Positions 47,533 to 58,584 of a stretch of DNA of 64,000 nt are shown here, one piece after another (the stretch's first letter is position 1; each line of letters begins with the position of its first letter). A model generated the notes under the pieces. That model did no database searches. It was not told where the DNA came from and saw only the letters and a list, made by a program, of their open reading frames with translations. Made by a program: the position numbers and the translations under genes. The stretch is from an uncultured Olsenella sp. (GTDB lineage: Bacteria; Actinomycetota; Coriobacteriia; Coriobacteriales; Atopobiaceae), in contig CASEHX010000009.1 in assembly GCA_949287905.1 (NCBI GenBank), positions 23,365 to 87,364 on the forward strand. The letters are read 5' to 3'.

Positions 47533-48524
47533 ACAAAGTCGTACGGCATGCGACGCGCGAAGAGGAAGAAGAGCGCAAACACGGGCCAGAGGATCGGGAA
47601 GAAGAAGTACGCGGAGCCGAGAACCACGACGCGCAGCACGTAGAACACCGCCCGTCGCGCACCCTCGCGCTCGCGCGTCTCGCAGCTCATGCGCACGAAT
47701 GCGCCTCCGGGCGTGGAGCCTGCGTGCCGCCAGGGCGCAACCAGCTCCACCCAGAGAAACGTCGCGTACAGCACGAGGTCCATGGCGTGCGAGCGCACGC
47801 CCTCCGAGGCCCCGAGCATCGTCAGAACAAGGCCGATCGCGCCGCCGGCCACGAGGGAGACGAGCGTAACGAGCAGCGTGTCCAGCCAGAACGCCACGCA
47901 ACGTCGCACGAAGCCGGGCGTGTGCGTGATCTCGCCCTCCTCGGCGAGAGCGCCGGGCGGGAGCACGCGTGCGAGTGCTGTCGCGCAGGCCCAGCCAAGC
48001 GCCGCGCCTGAGGTGTTGTAGATGAGGTCGTCAACGTCGGCCGTGCGGTAGGCGTAGGGGTAGATGCCAAAGAGCCCCGTGCCCTGCGCTGCCTCGATGA
48101 GGAGCGATGCCAGAAAGCCCACGAGGACGGACCTCCAGAACCCCCAGCGCAGGAGGCGCCCCGCGATGAAGCCGAGCGGCATGAAGAGCACCACGTTGAA
48201 CGCGATCTGCGGCAGCGTGCTCACACCCTCGCGTGCGAAGTCGCCCACGAACGCGAACGGGTCGAGCTGCCAGGGAACGCCGTAGGTTATTCCGAGTCCA
48301 GATTCTCCGCTTGGCAGCGGGTACAGCGTGAAGCATCCCAGTCCCAGCACGTAGAGCACTGCCAGATAGGTTGACACAGCCGACCCAAAGCGCAGCCGCC
48401 CGTCGCGGTGATAGAGCCAGGCGAGGATCGGAAGCGTGAGCAGGAAAGAGGCCAGGGGCCAAAGCATGAGCGCCAGGAGGAAGTTGTCGGTATATCCGGC
48501 AAGGAAGCGTCTGATGAGGTTCAT
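47529..48524 (-). CDS. VanZ/RDD-like membrane protein
   Basis: FNVVLFMPLG, IEAAQ, RTADVDDLIYNTSG. Confidence 0.85.
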   Translation of the reverse strand: MNLIRRFLAGYTDNFLLALMLWPLASFLLTLPILAWLYHRDGRLRFGSAVSTYLAVLYVLGLGCFTLYPLPSGESGLGITYGVPWQLDPFAFVGDFAREGVSTLPQIAFNVVLFMPLGFIAGRLLRWGFWRSVLVGFLASLLIEAAQGTGLFGIYPYAYRTADVDDLIYNTSGAALGWACATALARVLPPGALAEEGEITHTPGFVRRCVAFWLDTLLVTLVSLVAGGAIGLVLTMLGASEGVRSHAMDLVLYATFLWVELVAPWRHAGSTPGGAFVRMSCETREREGARRAVFYVLRVVVLGSAYFFFPILWPVFALFFLFARRMPYDFV

Positions 48525-48909
48525 GTCGTCCGTTCTTCTCGATGTTTAGAGACCATTGTGAGCCAAGGGGAAGCGGCCCGCCATCGACGTGCCTTGTGGT
48601 TGAGTGACGTTTTCAAAAGATTTGTGCGTTGGCCGAGAAGGACGGGTGACCCGGTGATGCTTTTCGCCCTGAGAACGTCCATTCCGCGCGCCTGCGCCCG
48701 TATCGCCCCGCCGACGACCGACGCCGCGTACTTCTCCGTTAACTGAGCAAAAGTCACGCTTTGAGCGCCAAGAGCGCGGCTTTTGCTCAGCCTGCCTTTG
48801 CAGTACAGACGCGTGGAGGGTTTCTTGAGGCACCTTGTCCCCAGGGCTCGTGTGTGTCATAGTCGCAGGCATAGGGGCGCGTCATGCGCAGATCGAAGGA
48901 GGTGCGACC

Positions 48910-48996
48910 ATGAACGACCGAAGTAGCGATGCCTGCGGTGCCGGGTCGCACCAACCTCGTGCGGCGGTCATCGAGGCGTCTGCCCTGATCGCCTAG
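48910..48996 (+). CDS. Putative 28-aa leader peptide upstream of mgtA
   Basis: AAGGAGGT RBS; MNDRSSDACGAGSHQPRAAVIEASALIA. Confidence 0.5.
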   Translation: MNDRSSDACGAGSHQPRAAVIEASALIA

Positions 48997-49104
48997 CAAA
49001 CAGCCCAACCACAACCTACCCAGGCAGGGCGCAAGCCCGGTTGCGGCCCGCCCGCGGGCATCCCCTCGACCAGCCGGAACCTAAGGTATTGGGAGGTACG
49101 CAGG

Positions 49105-51888
49105 ATGCCGAAGACCATGCTTATCCATCACATCAAGAATATAACCATAAAGGGCAACAGGAACGCCGGGGACGCACTGCGCGACCGTGGCGAGAAGAGC
49201 GCGGTCGCTCGTCGCGGCGAGCTGGGCTCCGCCCTCGAACATGCCGCCTGCGCCGAGAAGCGCGATCTTCTCGCCAGCCTCGGCAGCTCGGTAGATGGAA
49301 TCACCTCTGCCGAGGCCGCGCGTCGCCTTGAGCAGAACGGCCCCAACTCGCCAACCGAGCGCCGTCGCCTGCCGCTCGCGCTGCGCCTCGCGGTGAGCTT
49401 TGTGAGCCCCTTCACGCTCATCCTCGCAGCGCTCGCCGCCGTCTCGCTCTACACCAACGTCATCCTCGCCGCTCCGGGTGACGAGGACCCCTCTACCTGC
49501 GTCATCATCGCGGTGATGGTTGCCATCTCGGGGGTGCTGCGCTTTGTGCAGGAGGACCGGGGCCTGGCCGCGGCGGAGTCTCTTCGCAAGCTGGTGACCA
49601 CCACGTGCTGCGTGGAGCGGGCGGGGGAGCCCGAGCGCGAGGTGCCCTTCTCGGAGCTCGTCGTGGGTGACGTCGTGCGCCTCGCCGCGGGCGACCTCGT
49701 GCCCGCGGACGCCCGCGTCATCGAGGCAAAGGACCTCTTCCTCAACCAGGCGGCGCTCACCGGAGAGAGCGAGCCCGTAGAGAAGACCGCCGACCCGCGC
49801 CCCGCTGCCGCGAACGGCAGCGTGCTCACCGTGGGCGACTGCGGAAACATCGTCTTCACCGGCACGAGCGTGGTCTCGGGGTCCGCGCGCGCCGTCGTGG
49901 TCGCAACCGGCGACGACACGTACGTGGGGCGCGTCATGGGCGCCTGCCGGGAGCGCCCCGCCCAGACGAGCTTTGACGCCGGCGTTGCCTCGGTCTCCCG
50001 CGTGCTCGTTGCGTTCATGCTGGTGATGTGCCCCGTCGTGTTTGTGCTCAACGGCCTCACTAAGGGCGACCGGCTCTCCGCGCTGCTCTTCTCGGTGTCC
50101 GTTGCCGTGGGCATCACGCCGCAGATGCTTCCCGTGATCGTGACCACCTGCCTCGCCCGGGGCGCGCGCGAGATGGCCCGGCACGAGGTCATCGTCAAGG
50201 ACCTCGCCGCCATCCAGAACCTGGGCGCCATGGACGTGCTGTGCTGCGACAAGACGGGCACGCTCACCGAGGACCGCGTGATCCTCGAGCGGCACATCAA
50301 CGTGGAGGGGCACCCGGACGACCGCATCCTGCTCCACGCGTATCTCGTGAGCCATTTCCAGACGGGCCTGCGCAACCTCATCGACGAGGCGATCATCGGG
50401 CGCTACGAGAGCCTTGCCGAGAAGGACCGTGAGCTCGCGGGCGTTGCCTCGCCCTACCGCAGGGTCGACGAGGTCCCCTTTGACTTCGAGCGCCGCCGCA
50501 TGAGCGTGGTGATCGAGGACGAGCGGGGAAAGTCGCAGATGGTGACCAAGGGCGCCGTGAGGGAGGTGCTTGCCGCGTGCTCGCACGTGGAGCTTGCCGA
50601 GGGGGTGCGCCCGCTTGACGGCAGGCTGCGCGCCCGGCTGCTCGCGCGTGCCGAGGACCTTGGGGAGCGCGGGATGCGCACCATCGCCGTGGCGCAGAAG
50701 GCCGACCCGCGCCCCGTGGGCGCCTTTGGCCCGGAGGACGAGCGCGACATGGTGTTCATGGGCTACCTTGCGTTTCTCGACCCGCCCAAGCAGAGCGCCG
50801 CGGGGGCCATCGAGCGCCTCACGAAGGCGGGCGTCTCGGTGCGCGTGGTGACGGGGGACGCCGAGGGGGTCGCGGCATGCGTGTGCCGTACGGTGGGCAT
50901 TCGCGTGGAGGGCGTGCTTCTGGGGCCCGAGGTCGACGCGCTCGACGATGCCGCGCTCGCCGTCCGTGCGGAGGAGACCCAGCTCTTCGCGCGCCTCTCG
51001 CCGCTTCAGAAGGCGCGCGTGGTGAGGGCGCTCAGGGCCGCCGGCCACGTGGTGGGGTTCATGGGCGACGGCATCAACGACGCGGCTGCCATGCGCGCCG
51101 CGGACGTGGGCGTCTCCGTGGACACCGCGGTAGACGTTGCCAAGGAGAGCGCGCAGGTCATCCTCACGCGCAAGGACCTCTCGGTGCTCGTGCGCGGGGT
51201 GCGCGAGGGCCGGCGCACGTACGCAAACACGATCAAGTACATAAAGGCGACGGCGAGCTCCAACTTTGGCAACGTGCTCTCGGTGCTTGTCGCCAGCGCG
51301 TTCCTGCCGTTTCTGCCCATGTCGGCGCTGCAGCTCCTGCTGCTGGGGCTGGCGTACACGGTCGCCTGCGCCGCGCTTCCGTGGGACAACGTGGACGAGG
51401 CGTTTCTCGCCGGCCCGCGCACCTGGGACGCGCGGTCCATCGTTCGCTTCATGCTGTGGATGGGGCCGCTGAGCTCGGTGTTTGATCTCGTGACGTACGC
51501 GGCGATGTTCTTTGTGGTGGCACCGACGGCGGCGGGCGGACCATGGGACACGCTGGGGCCTGCCGCGGCTGCGGCGTTTGTGGCCGTCTTTCACACGGGG
51601 TGGTTCGTCGAGTCCATGTGGACGCAGACGCTCGTCCTGTTTGCGCTGCGCGGCGAGCGGGTTCTTTCTCCGAAGGGTCGCCCGGCGCGGGCGCTCGCGG
51701 CCGTTGCGGTCCTTGGCGTTGCGGCGCTGACGGCGCTGCCCTGGATCCCGGGCATGTCCGAAGCCCTGGGCCTCGCGCCGCTGCCCGCCGCCTTCTGGCC
51801 GCTGCTCGTCACCTGCGCCGTGGGCTACCTGCTGCTCGTCGGCCTGATGAAGCGGCTCTACGTGCGGCGGTTTGGCTCGCTTCTCTAG
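49105..51888 (+). CDS. mgtA: Mg2+-translocating P-type ATPase
   Basis: LTGES, DKTGT, PFDFERRRMS, DPPK, MGDGINDA, SSNFGN, PWDNVD, WFVES. Confidence 0.92.
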   Translation: MPKTMLIHHIKNITIKGNRNAGDALRDRGEKSAVARRGELGSALEHAACAEKRDLLASLGSSVDGITSAEAARRLEQNGPNSPTERRRLPLALRLAVSFVSPFTLILAALAAVSLYTNVILAAPGDEDPSTCVIIAVMVAISGVLRFVQEDRGLAAAESLRKLVTTTCCVERAGEPEREVPFSELVVGDVVRLAAGDLVPADARVIEAKDLFLNQAALTGESEPVEKTADPRPAAANGSVLTVGDCGNIVFTGTSVVSGSARAVVVATGDDTYVGRVMGACRERPAQTSFDAGVASVSRVLVAFMLVMCPVVFVLNGLTKGDRLSALLFSVSVAVGITPQMLPVIVTTCLARGAREMARHEVIVKDLAAIQNLGAMDVLCCDKTGTLTEDRVILERHINVEGHPDDRILLHAYLVSHFQTGLRNLIDEAIIGRYESLAEKDRELAGVASPYRRVDEVPFDFERRRMSVVIEDERGKSQMVTKGAVREVLAACSHVELAEGVRPLDGRLRARLLARAEDLGERGMRTIAVAQKADPRPVGAFGPEDERDMVFMGYLAFLDPPKQSAAGAIERLTKAGVSVRVVTGDAEGVAACVCRTVGIRVEGVLLGPEVDALDDAALAVRAEETQLFARLSPLQKARVVRALRAAGHVVGFMGDGINDAAAMRAADVGVSVDTAVDVAKESAQVILTRKDLSVLVRGVREGRRTYANTIKYIKATASSNFGNVLSVLVASAFLPFLPMSALQLLLLGLAYTVACAALPWDNVDEAFLAGPRTWDARSIVRFMLWMGPLSSVFDLVTYAAMFFVVAPTAAGGPWDTLGPAAAAAFVAVFHTGWFVESMWTQTLVLFALRGERVLSPKGRPARALAAVAVLGVAALTALPWIPGMSEALGLAPLPAAFWPLLVTCAVGYLLLVGLMKRLYVRRFGSLL

Positions 51889-51934
51889 CGGACGACGCGC
51901 CCTTGTCTGCAGTGGGCAAGGGCGCTATCATGTG

Positions 51935-51950
51935 ATGGAAACGTTTCCAT
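51935..51950. promoter_or_regulatory. LacI-family operator-like palindrome
   Basis: Perfect ATGGAAACGTTTCCAT, 28 bp before the MFS gene. Confidence 0.7.
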
Positions 51951-51978
51951 ACGTGCGCCAGAACGGAGCAGGCCACCC

Positions 51979-53163
51979 ATGTCCATCGTTCTTCTCGTCG
52001 TCATCTACGTGGCCTTCGTGGGCCTGGGGATCCCGGACTCGCTCTTTGGCGCGGCGTGGCCCGCCATGCACGTTGACCTTGGCATCCCCGTCTCGTGGGG
52101 CAGCATGGTCACGATGGTCACCTGCTGCGGGACCATCGTCTCCAGTCTCTCCTCTGTCGCCCTCATCAACCGCTTTGGCACCGGGCGCGTGACCGCGGTC
52201 TCCACGGCGCTCACCGCCGCGGCGCTGCTCGGCTTTGCCGTGGCGCCGGGCTGGGTGTGGCTCTGCCTGCTGGCGATTCCCCTCGGCCTCGGCGCCGGCG
52301 CCATCGACACGGCGCTCAACAACTACGTGGCCCTGCACTACAAGGCCACGCACATGAACTTCCTGCACTGCGCCTACGGCGTGGGCATCACGGTGAGCCC
52401 CTTCCTCATGTCGCTCGCGCTCTCGGCCGGCACGTGGCGCGACGGCTACCTCGAGGCGGCGGTCGTCCAGGCGGCGATCATGGCCGCCACGATCGCGATC
52501 CTGCCGCTCTGGTCACGCGTGGGCAACGAGGACTCGGCGGGCGAGAAGGACGACGACTCCGCGCCCCGCGACGCCAGCCCCCTCGCCCTCGTGCGGCGCC
52601 GTGACATCCGCCTGGCCTGCCTCGTCTTCATGGCGTCCGTGGCCATCGAGGGCATCTGCAACACCTGGTGCGCGAGCTACCTCGTGAGCGCGCGCGGCAT
52701 GGCGGCCGGTGCCGCCGCAGGCATGGTGACGGTCTACTACGTGGGCGTGACGGCGGGCCGCTTCCTCTCCGGCGTGCTGGCAAACAGACTCACGAGCAAG
52801 CAGCTCGTTGGTCTGGGGCAGGCGGTCACCTTCGTGGCCGTGCTCGTGCTTCTCGCCCCGCTGCCGCTTGCCGCGGCTCCGGTGGGCCTCTTCCTCGTGG
52901 GCTTTGGCAACAGCCCGCTCTATCCCAACATGCTGCACCTCACGCCGCGTCTCTTTGGCCGCGACCTCTCGCAGGCTGTGATCGGCGTCCAGATGGCGGC
53001 TTCCTACGTGGGCTCGCTCACCCTGCCGCCGCTCTTTGGCCTGGTCGCGGAGCAGGTGGGCTTCTGGCTCTTCCCGGTGGCGCTGCTCGCACTCTCCGCG
53101 GTGGTGCTCGCCGCGTTTCTCGGCCTCATGGCGCTCAAGGGCTGGCGCCCGCGCAGGCGCTAG
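51979..53163 (+). CDS. MFS transporter (sugar permease-like)
   Basis: LGIPDSLFGAAWP, GAGAIDTALNNYVA, MNFLH. Confidence 0.88.
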   Translation: MSIVLLVVIYVAFVGLGIPDSLFGAAWPAMHVDLGIPVSWGSMVTMVTCCGTIVSSLSSVALINRFGTGRVTAVSTALTAAALLGFAVAPGWVWLCLLAIPLGLGAGAIDTALNNYVALHYKATHMNFLHCAYGVGITVSPFLMSLALSAGTWRDGYLEAAVVQAAIMAATIAILPLWSRVGNEDSAGEKDDDSAPRDASPLALVRRRDIRLACLVFMASVAIEGICNTWCASYLVSARGMAAGAAAGMVTVYYVGVTAGRFLSGVLANRLTSKQLVGLGQAVTFVAVLVLLAPLPLAAAPVGLFLVGFGNSPLYPNMLHLTPRLFGRDLSQAVIGVQMAASYVGSLTLPPLFGLVAEQVGFWLFPVALLALSAVVLAAFLGLMALKGWRPRRR

Positions 53164-53213
53164 AATGAGCAGAGGAGCCGTTCCCTCGAGGTGCGGCGAG
53201 AAGGGCGGAGCGC

Positions 53214-53654
53214 ATGCGCATCTACAAGGGCAATCCTGAGCTGGTCTTTCGCGGGAGGGTCGCGCCGTGGTACGGGGCGCTTTCCGGCATCGTTGCCGCT
53301 GCCGCCGCGGTGCTGGCGCTCCAGCCGGACATGCCCGCGGGCGTGCCGGCGGCGGTGCTGGTCGCGGGCGCCGTCTTCCTCTGGCCCGTCGTGGTCCGCA
53401 ACCGCGTGGAGCTCTACAAGGACCGCCTGGAGATCGTCTTTGGCTGGAGCCGCACGATCATCCCGTACGAGCACGTGCGTGACGTGCGCCGCGTGCACGG
53501 CGTCTCTGCCTCGGAGTTCACGTCGCACAATGCCGCGACGACGGCGGACGGCGTCTTCGTGGACGCCCCGCATGACGGCGACGCCCTGGTGAGCGTCCTC
53601 AACAACGACAGCCTGGTGACGGAGCTCCGCCGCCGCGCGGGTCTGGACGCGTAA
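53214..53654 (+). CDS. Membrane protein with bacterial PH-like domain
   Basis: Two TM segments then LEIVFGW..IPYEHV. Confidence 0.65.
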   Translation: MRIYKGNPELVFRGRVAPWYGALSGIVAAAAAVLALQPDMPAGVPAAVLVAGAVFLWPVVVRNRVELYKDRLEIVFGWSRTIIPYEHVRDVRRVHGVSASEFTSHNAATTADGVFVDAPHDGDALVSVLNNDSLVTELRRRAGLDA

Positions 53655-53673
53655 AACCAGTAGGGGCTGCCGC

Positions 53674-53702
53674 TTGAAAGTAGAACGCCTGTTCTATATA
53701 CT
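53674..53702 (+). promoter_or_regulatory. Sigma70-type promoter with LexA box in the spacer
   Basis: TTGAAA-17-TATACT enclosing AGAAC-GCCT-GTTCT. Confidence 0.7.
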
Positions 53703-53789
53703 CATGAAACAGGGGTGATGAGGACAGTGCTCTACTCGACATTACTTCTGTAATAGAGTAGTATTCTGAGATACGGAAGTAGTGGTCAG

Positions 53790-54071
53790 ATGGAGTTCAA
53801 AGATCGTGACCTGGCTGCGTTCTGGGAAGACTTCACGTGCCCACCGCGGAGGGTGCCCCCGGGGGTTCGCAAGATGCTCTACCGCAGGCTCCAGATGCTT
53901 GATGCGGCGCACACCCTGCTCGACCTGCGAACTCCGCCGGGGAACCGTCTCGAGAAACTCTCGGGGTCACGCGCGGGGCGCTACAGCATCCGCGTGAACG
54001 ACCAGTGGCGTCTCTGCTTCCGGTGGTCGGATGGCGAGGCAAGAGAGGTCGAGTTCTGTGACTACCACTAA
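53790..54071 (+). CDS. higB: HigB/RelE-family toxin
   Basis: DLRTPPGNRLEKLSG...YSIRVNDQWRLCFRW...DYH. Confidence 0.9.
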   Translation: MEFKDRDLAAFWEDFTCPPRRVPPGVRKMLYRRLQMLDAAHTLLDLRTPPGNRLEKLSGSRAGRYSIRVNDQWRLCFRWSDGEAREVEFCDYH

Positions 54072-54351
54072 TCCCTATATCTCCGCCCCCGGAGAGATTC
54101 TGCTGGAGGAGTTCCTGCAGCCCCTCGGCATCTCGCAGTACCGGCTGGCCAAGGCCATCGGCAGGCCTCAGTCCGCCGTGTCCGACATCGTGAACGGCCG
54201 TCGTGCCATCACGCCCGAGATGGCCTGGCTGCTGTCCCGTGCGCTGGGGACGACGCCCGAGTTCTGGCTCAACCTGGAGGCGGCCTACAGGCTCAAGACG
54301 ATCGACGAGGCCTCGATGCCCGAGGTAACCCCGCTGGTCAACATCGCTTAG
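54058..54351 (+). CDS. higA: HigA antitoxin
   Basis: PGEILLEEFL...RRAITPEMA...FWLNL. Confidence 0.9.
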   Translation: MTTTNPYISAPGEILLEEFLQPLGISQYRLAKAIGRPQSAVSDIVNGRRAITPEMAWLLSRALGTTPEFWLNLEAAYRLKTIDEASMPEVTPLVNIA

Positions 54352-54359
54352 GAGGACGC

Positions 54360-55283
54360 ATGGCAATCGAGCGCGTGGCAATCATCGGCAGGGGAGCGGT
54401 TGGCCTGCTCTACGGGACCATTGCCGAGAAGAACCTCGGGCCCGGGGCGGTCCAGTACGTGATGGACGACGCGCGCTTCGCCCGTCACGCCGGCGAGACA
54501 GTTACCGTGAACGGCGAGCCCTGTCGCGTGCCCACGGTCCCCGCGAGCGAGGCCACACCCGTCGACCTGGTGATTCTGGCGATCAAGGCACCGGGCCTGC
54601 CGGTGGCGCTGGACACGATGGAGCGCCTCGTGGGTCCGCACACGGCCATCGCCTCGCTCATCAACGGCGTCACGAGCGAGGAGCGCATCGCCGAGCGGTT
54701 TGGCTGGGGGCGCACCGTGCTCTCCGTGGCGCAGGGCATGGACGCCGTCTTCATCGGAACCGACATGACCTACAGCCATCCTGGTGAGATTCGCTTTGGC
54801 GCGGCGCCGGGAACGGCCGCGGGCGTGGTCGAGGACGTCGCCGACCTCTACGCGCGCGCCGGCATCCCGCATGTGGTCGAGGCCGACATCCGCCACCGCA
54901 TGTGGACCAAGCTCATGCTCAACGTGGGCATCAACCAGGTCTGCATGGTCTACGGCGGCACCTACGGATCCGCGAGCGAGCCCGGCAGCGAGCAGAACCG
55001 CTGCTTCGTGGCCGCCATGCGCGAGGCGCTGGCCGTCGCGCGCGCCGAGGGCGTTGGCGTCACGGAAGGGGACCTCGCGCAGATGGCCCAGCTCGTGGCC
55101 TCGCTCGATCCTGCCGGCATGCCGTCCATGGCGCAGGACCGTATCAACGAGAAGCCCACCGAGGTCGAGGAGTTCTCCGGCACCATCTGTCGCCTCGCCG
55201 AGCGCCACGGTCTTCTCGTTCCCACAAACCAGTGGCTCTACCGGCGGATTTGCGAGCTTGAGGCGGGCTTTCGCACACGCTAG
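54360..55283 (+). CDS. Ketopantoate reductase family
   Basis: IIGRGAVG, WTKLMLNVGIN, PSMAQD, TEVE. Confidence 0.88.
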   Translation: MAIERVAIIGRGAVGLLYGTIAEKNLGPGAVQYVMDDARFARHAGETVTVNGEPCRVPTVPASEATPVDLVILAIKAPGLPVALDTMERLVGPHTAIASLINGVTSEERIAERFGWGRTVLSVAQGMDAVFIGTDMTYSHPGEIRFGAAPGTAAGVVEDVADLYARAGIPHVVEADIRHRMWTKLMLNVGINQVCMVYGGTYGSASEPGSEQNRCFVAAMREALAVARAEGVGVTEGDLAQMAQLVASLDPAGMPSMAQDRINEKPTEVEEFSGTICRLAERHGLLVPTNQWLYRRICELEAGFRTR

Positions 55284-55490
55284 GGGATACGGTTCGGGCG
55301 GCGATCCTGCCTGAATCGTCCCCGATTCTGTCTGAAACGTCACAAAGAGAAATTGTGTAATTCTCAGCTTTGTGGCCCGTTATATCGCAAAGTGTTAAAG
55401 GAACCGAAATAACGCTTGGCTACAGTGAGATGACTGAATGCCTCGCTACCTGCGAGGTTTCGTCTCTGCGCAACACTTAAGGAGGATGTT

Positions 55491-56300
55491 ATGTCCGCTT
55501 CTGTCTCTCGTCGCTCGTTCCTCGGTCTTGCCGGTGGCACTGCCGCTCTTCTCGGCCTCGCTGCCTGCGGCGGCAACAACAACGCCGACTCCGACGACGC
55601 CAACGCCGCTTCCGATGACGCCAGTGGCAAGAGCTACATCGTTGCCACCGACACCACCTTCGCGCCGTTCGAGTTCACCGATGAGAACGGTGACTTCGTG
55701 GGCATCGACGTGGACCTTCTCGCCGCCGTCGCCGCCGACCAGGGCTTCAAGTACGAGCTCAACTCGCTCGGCTTTGAGGCCGCCGTGGCCGCGCTCGAGT
55801 CCAACCAGGCCGACGCCGTGATCGCCGGCATGTCCATCACGGCCGAGCGCGAGGAGAAGTACGACTTCACCGACTCCTACTACCAGTCCTCGGTCTGCAT
55901 GGCCGTCAAGTCCGGCAGCGACATCAAGGGTCTCGAGGACCTGAAGGGCAAGACCGTCGCCGGCAAGAACGCCACCCAGAGCCTCTCCTGGGCGGAGTCC
56001 ATCAAGGACGAGTACGGCTTCGAGATCACGTACTTTGACTCCTCGGACATGATGTACCAGGACGTGCAGACCGGAAACTCCGTGGCCTGCTTCGAGGACA
56101 CGCCCGTCATGGAGTACGGCGTGGCCCAGGGCAACGGCCTTGAGATCGTTGCCAAGGAGGAGGACGAGTTCGCGAGCCCCTACGCCGTGGGCGTCATGAA
56201 GGGCAAGAACGCCGAGCTCGTGGAGATGTTCAACGCCGGTCTCGCCAACATCAAGGAGAGCGGCGAGTACGACGAGATTCTCGCCAAGTACCTCGGGTAG
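55491..56300 (+). CDS. Polar amino-acid ABC substrate-binding lipoprotein
   Basis: SRRSFL/LAAC; DTTFAPFEF, GIDVD. Confidence 0.92.
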   Translation: MSASVSRRSFLGLAGGTAALLGLAACGGNNNADSDDANAASDDASGKSYIVATDTTFAPFEFTDENGDFVGIDVDLLAAVAADQGFKYELNSLGFEAAVAALESNQADAVIAGMSITAEREEKYDFTDSYYQSSVCMAVKSGSDIKGLEDLKGKTVAGKNATQSLSWAESIKDEYGFEITYFDSSDMMYQDVQTGNSVACFEDTPVMEYGVAQGNGLEIVAKEEDEFASPYAVGVMKGKNAELVEMFNAGLANIKESGEYDEILAKYLG

Positions 56301-56381
56301 TGGGTCTCGATTCCGCGCTGTGAAAGCCGGAGCTGCGCAGCCCTTGCAGGCTGCGCAGCTCCCTGTGAGTAAAGGCACGAC

Positions 56382-57058
56382 ATGGATTTCTCTAATCTCG
56401 GCACCGTTCTCATGGAGGCGTGGCCGCTACTGTGGGAGGGCCTGCAGACGACGGTCTTCGTGACCGTGGTCTCGCTCGTGGTGGCGATGCTCCTGGGCAT
56501 CCTCACCTGCCTCATGAACCTCTCCAAGATCGCCCCGCTGCGCGGCATCGCCAAGTTCTACATCTGGATCATCCGCGGCACGCCGATGCTCGTGCAGGCG
56601 TTCTACCTCTACTTTGCCGTGCCCCAGCTGCTCCAGGCCACGATCGCCCCGGACTTCCGCCTGGACGTGATCACCGCGAGCATCATCACGCTGATCCTCA
56701 ACGCCGGCGCCTACATCGCGGAGATCTTCCGCGGCGCCATCCAGTCCGTGGACAAGGGCCAGATGGAGGCCTCGCGCTCGCTCGGCGTGGGACATGCCAC
56801 CACCATGCGCAAGATCATCCTGCCCCAGGCCGTGCGCATCTGCCTGCCCAGCCTCGTGAACCAGTGCATCATCACGCTCAAGGACTCCACGATCATGTAC
56901 GCCATCGGCCTGCCGGAGATCATGAACCGCTCCAAGGCCTACGTCGGCCGCACGATGGAGTCGTTTGCCACCTACACCTGGGTCGCCATCATCTTCCTCG
57001 TGATCACCAGCGTGCTGATGCTCGTCTCGTCCCAGCTTGAGAAAAGGATGCGCAAGTA

Positions 57059-57059
<1 letters not shown>
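56382..57059 (+). CDS. Polar amino-acid ABC permease
   Basis: [27 protein letters not shown]. Confidence 0.93.
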
Positions 57060-57814
<755 letters not shown>

Positions 57815-57832
57815 GCGCGGGCTGCGCGTCTC

Positions 57833-58468
57833 ATGCTGGGAATCGTTGGCTACGGGGGCTTTGTCGCGTCTGCGGCGGCTCTCTGCCTCACGCCGGGCAT
57901 CGACACCGTCTACATCCTCACGCGCACCGTCTCCGGCGGACGGCGCGAGGGGCTGGCCAGTGCGTTTGGCATCAACGCGGGTCTGGTGGTGCACACAATC
58001 CTGGTGGCGGCCGGGCTGTCACTCGTGCTCGCCGCCTCGCCGGTGGCCTTCAACGTGATCAAGGTCGCGGGTGCGGCCTACCTTGCGGTGATGGGCGTGC
58101 GGAGCATCCTCTCCGGGGGCTCCTCCTTCTCGGTGGGTGAGGGGAGCGATGAGCCTGCCGGTACCTCCAACCTGCGCGTCTTTGCCCAGGGCGTGCTCAC
58201 CAACGTGCTCAATCCCAAGATCATCCTGTTCTTCCTTGCGCTGCTGCCGCAATTTGTGGCCACGCCCAACAACTTTGGTCCCGTGCCGTTCCTCGCGCTC
58301 GGCCTTACCTATGTGGCACTCTCCACGCTTTGGACCGTGGTAATCGTGCTCGTTGCGGCGCCCTTCTCGCGCCTGCTCACACGCAGCCCGCGTGCCGGGC
58401 GCGTGACCTCTGTGATCTCCGGCCTCGTCTACATCGCGCTCGGCGCAATGATCTTCTTCACGGCGTAG
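57833..58468 (+). CDS. LysE/RhtB translocator
   Basis: TPGID, GAAYL, TNVLNPK. Confidence 0.9.
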   Translation: MLGIVGYGGFVASAAALCLTPGIDTVYILTRTVSGGRREGLASAFGINAGLVVHTILVAAGLSLVLAASPVAFNVIKVAGAAYLAVMGVRSILSGGSSFSVGEGSDEPAGTSNLRVFAQGVLTNVLNPKIILFFLALLPQFVATPNNFGPVPFLALGLTYVALSTLWTVVIVLVAAPFSRLLTRSPRAGRVTSVISGLVYIALGAMIFFTA

Positions 58469-58584
58469 GGGTCCTGCGCCGCGCCGCCACGCTCGTCGCA
58501 AGAGTATGTTGCGGCGGCGGTTGGCTTGCGACGACTGTGTGTGATTGTGCAATTCTGCCGCCGAGAGCACCCGCCAGGGCGCTA

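Noticed and set aside
48525..49104. M-box (ykoK) riboswitch
   Set aside because: Consensus not recognisable by eye; reported instead as an unassigned leader
49081..51594. Long antisense ORFs (also 20772-22394, 38906-40564, 31945-33654 and others)
   Set aside because: Shadow frames of real genes in high-GC DNA; no motifs or RBS
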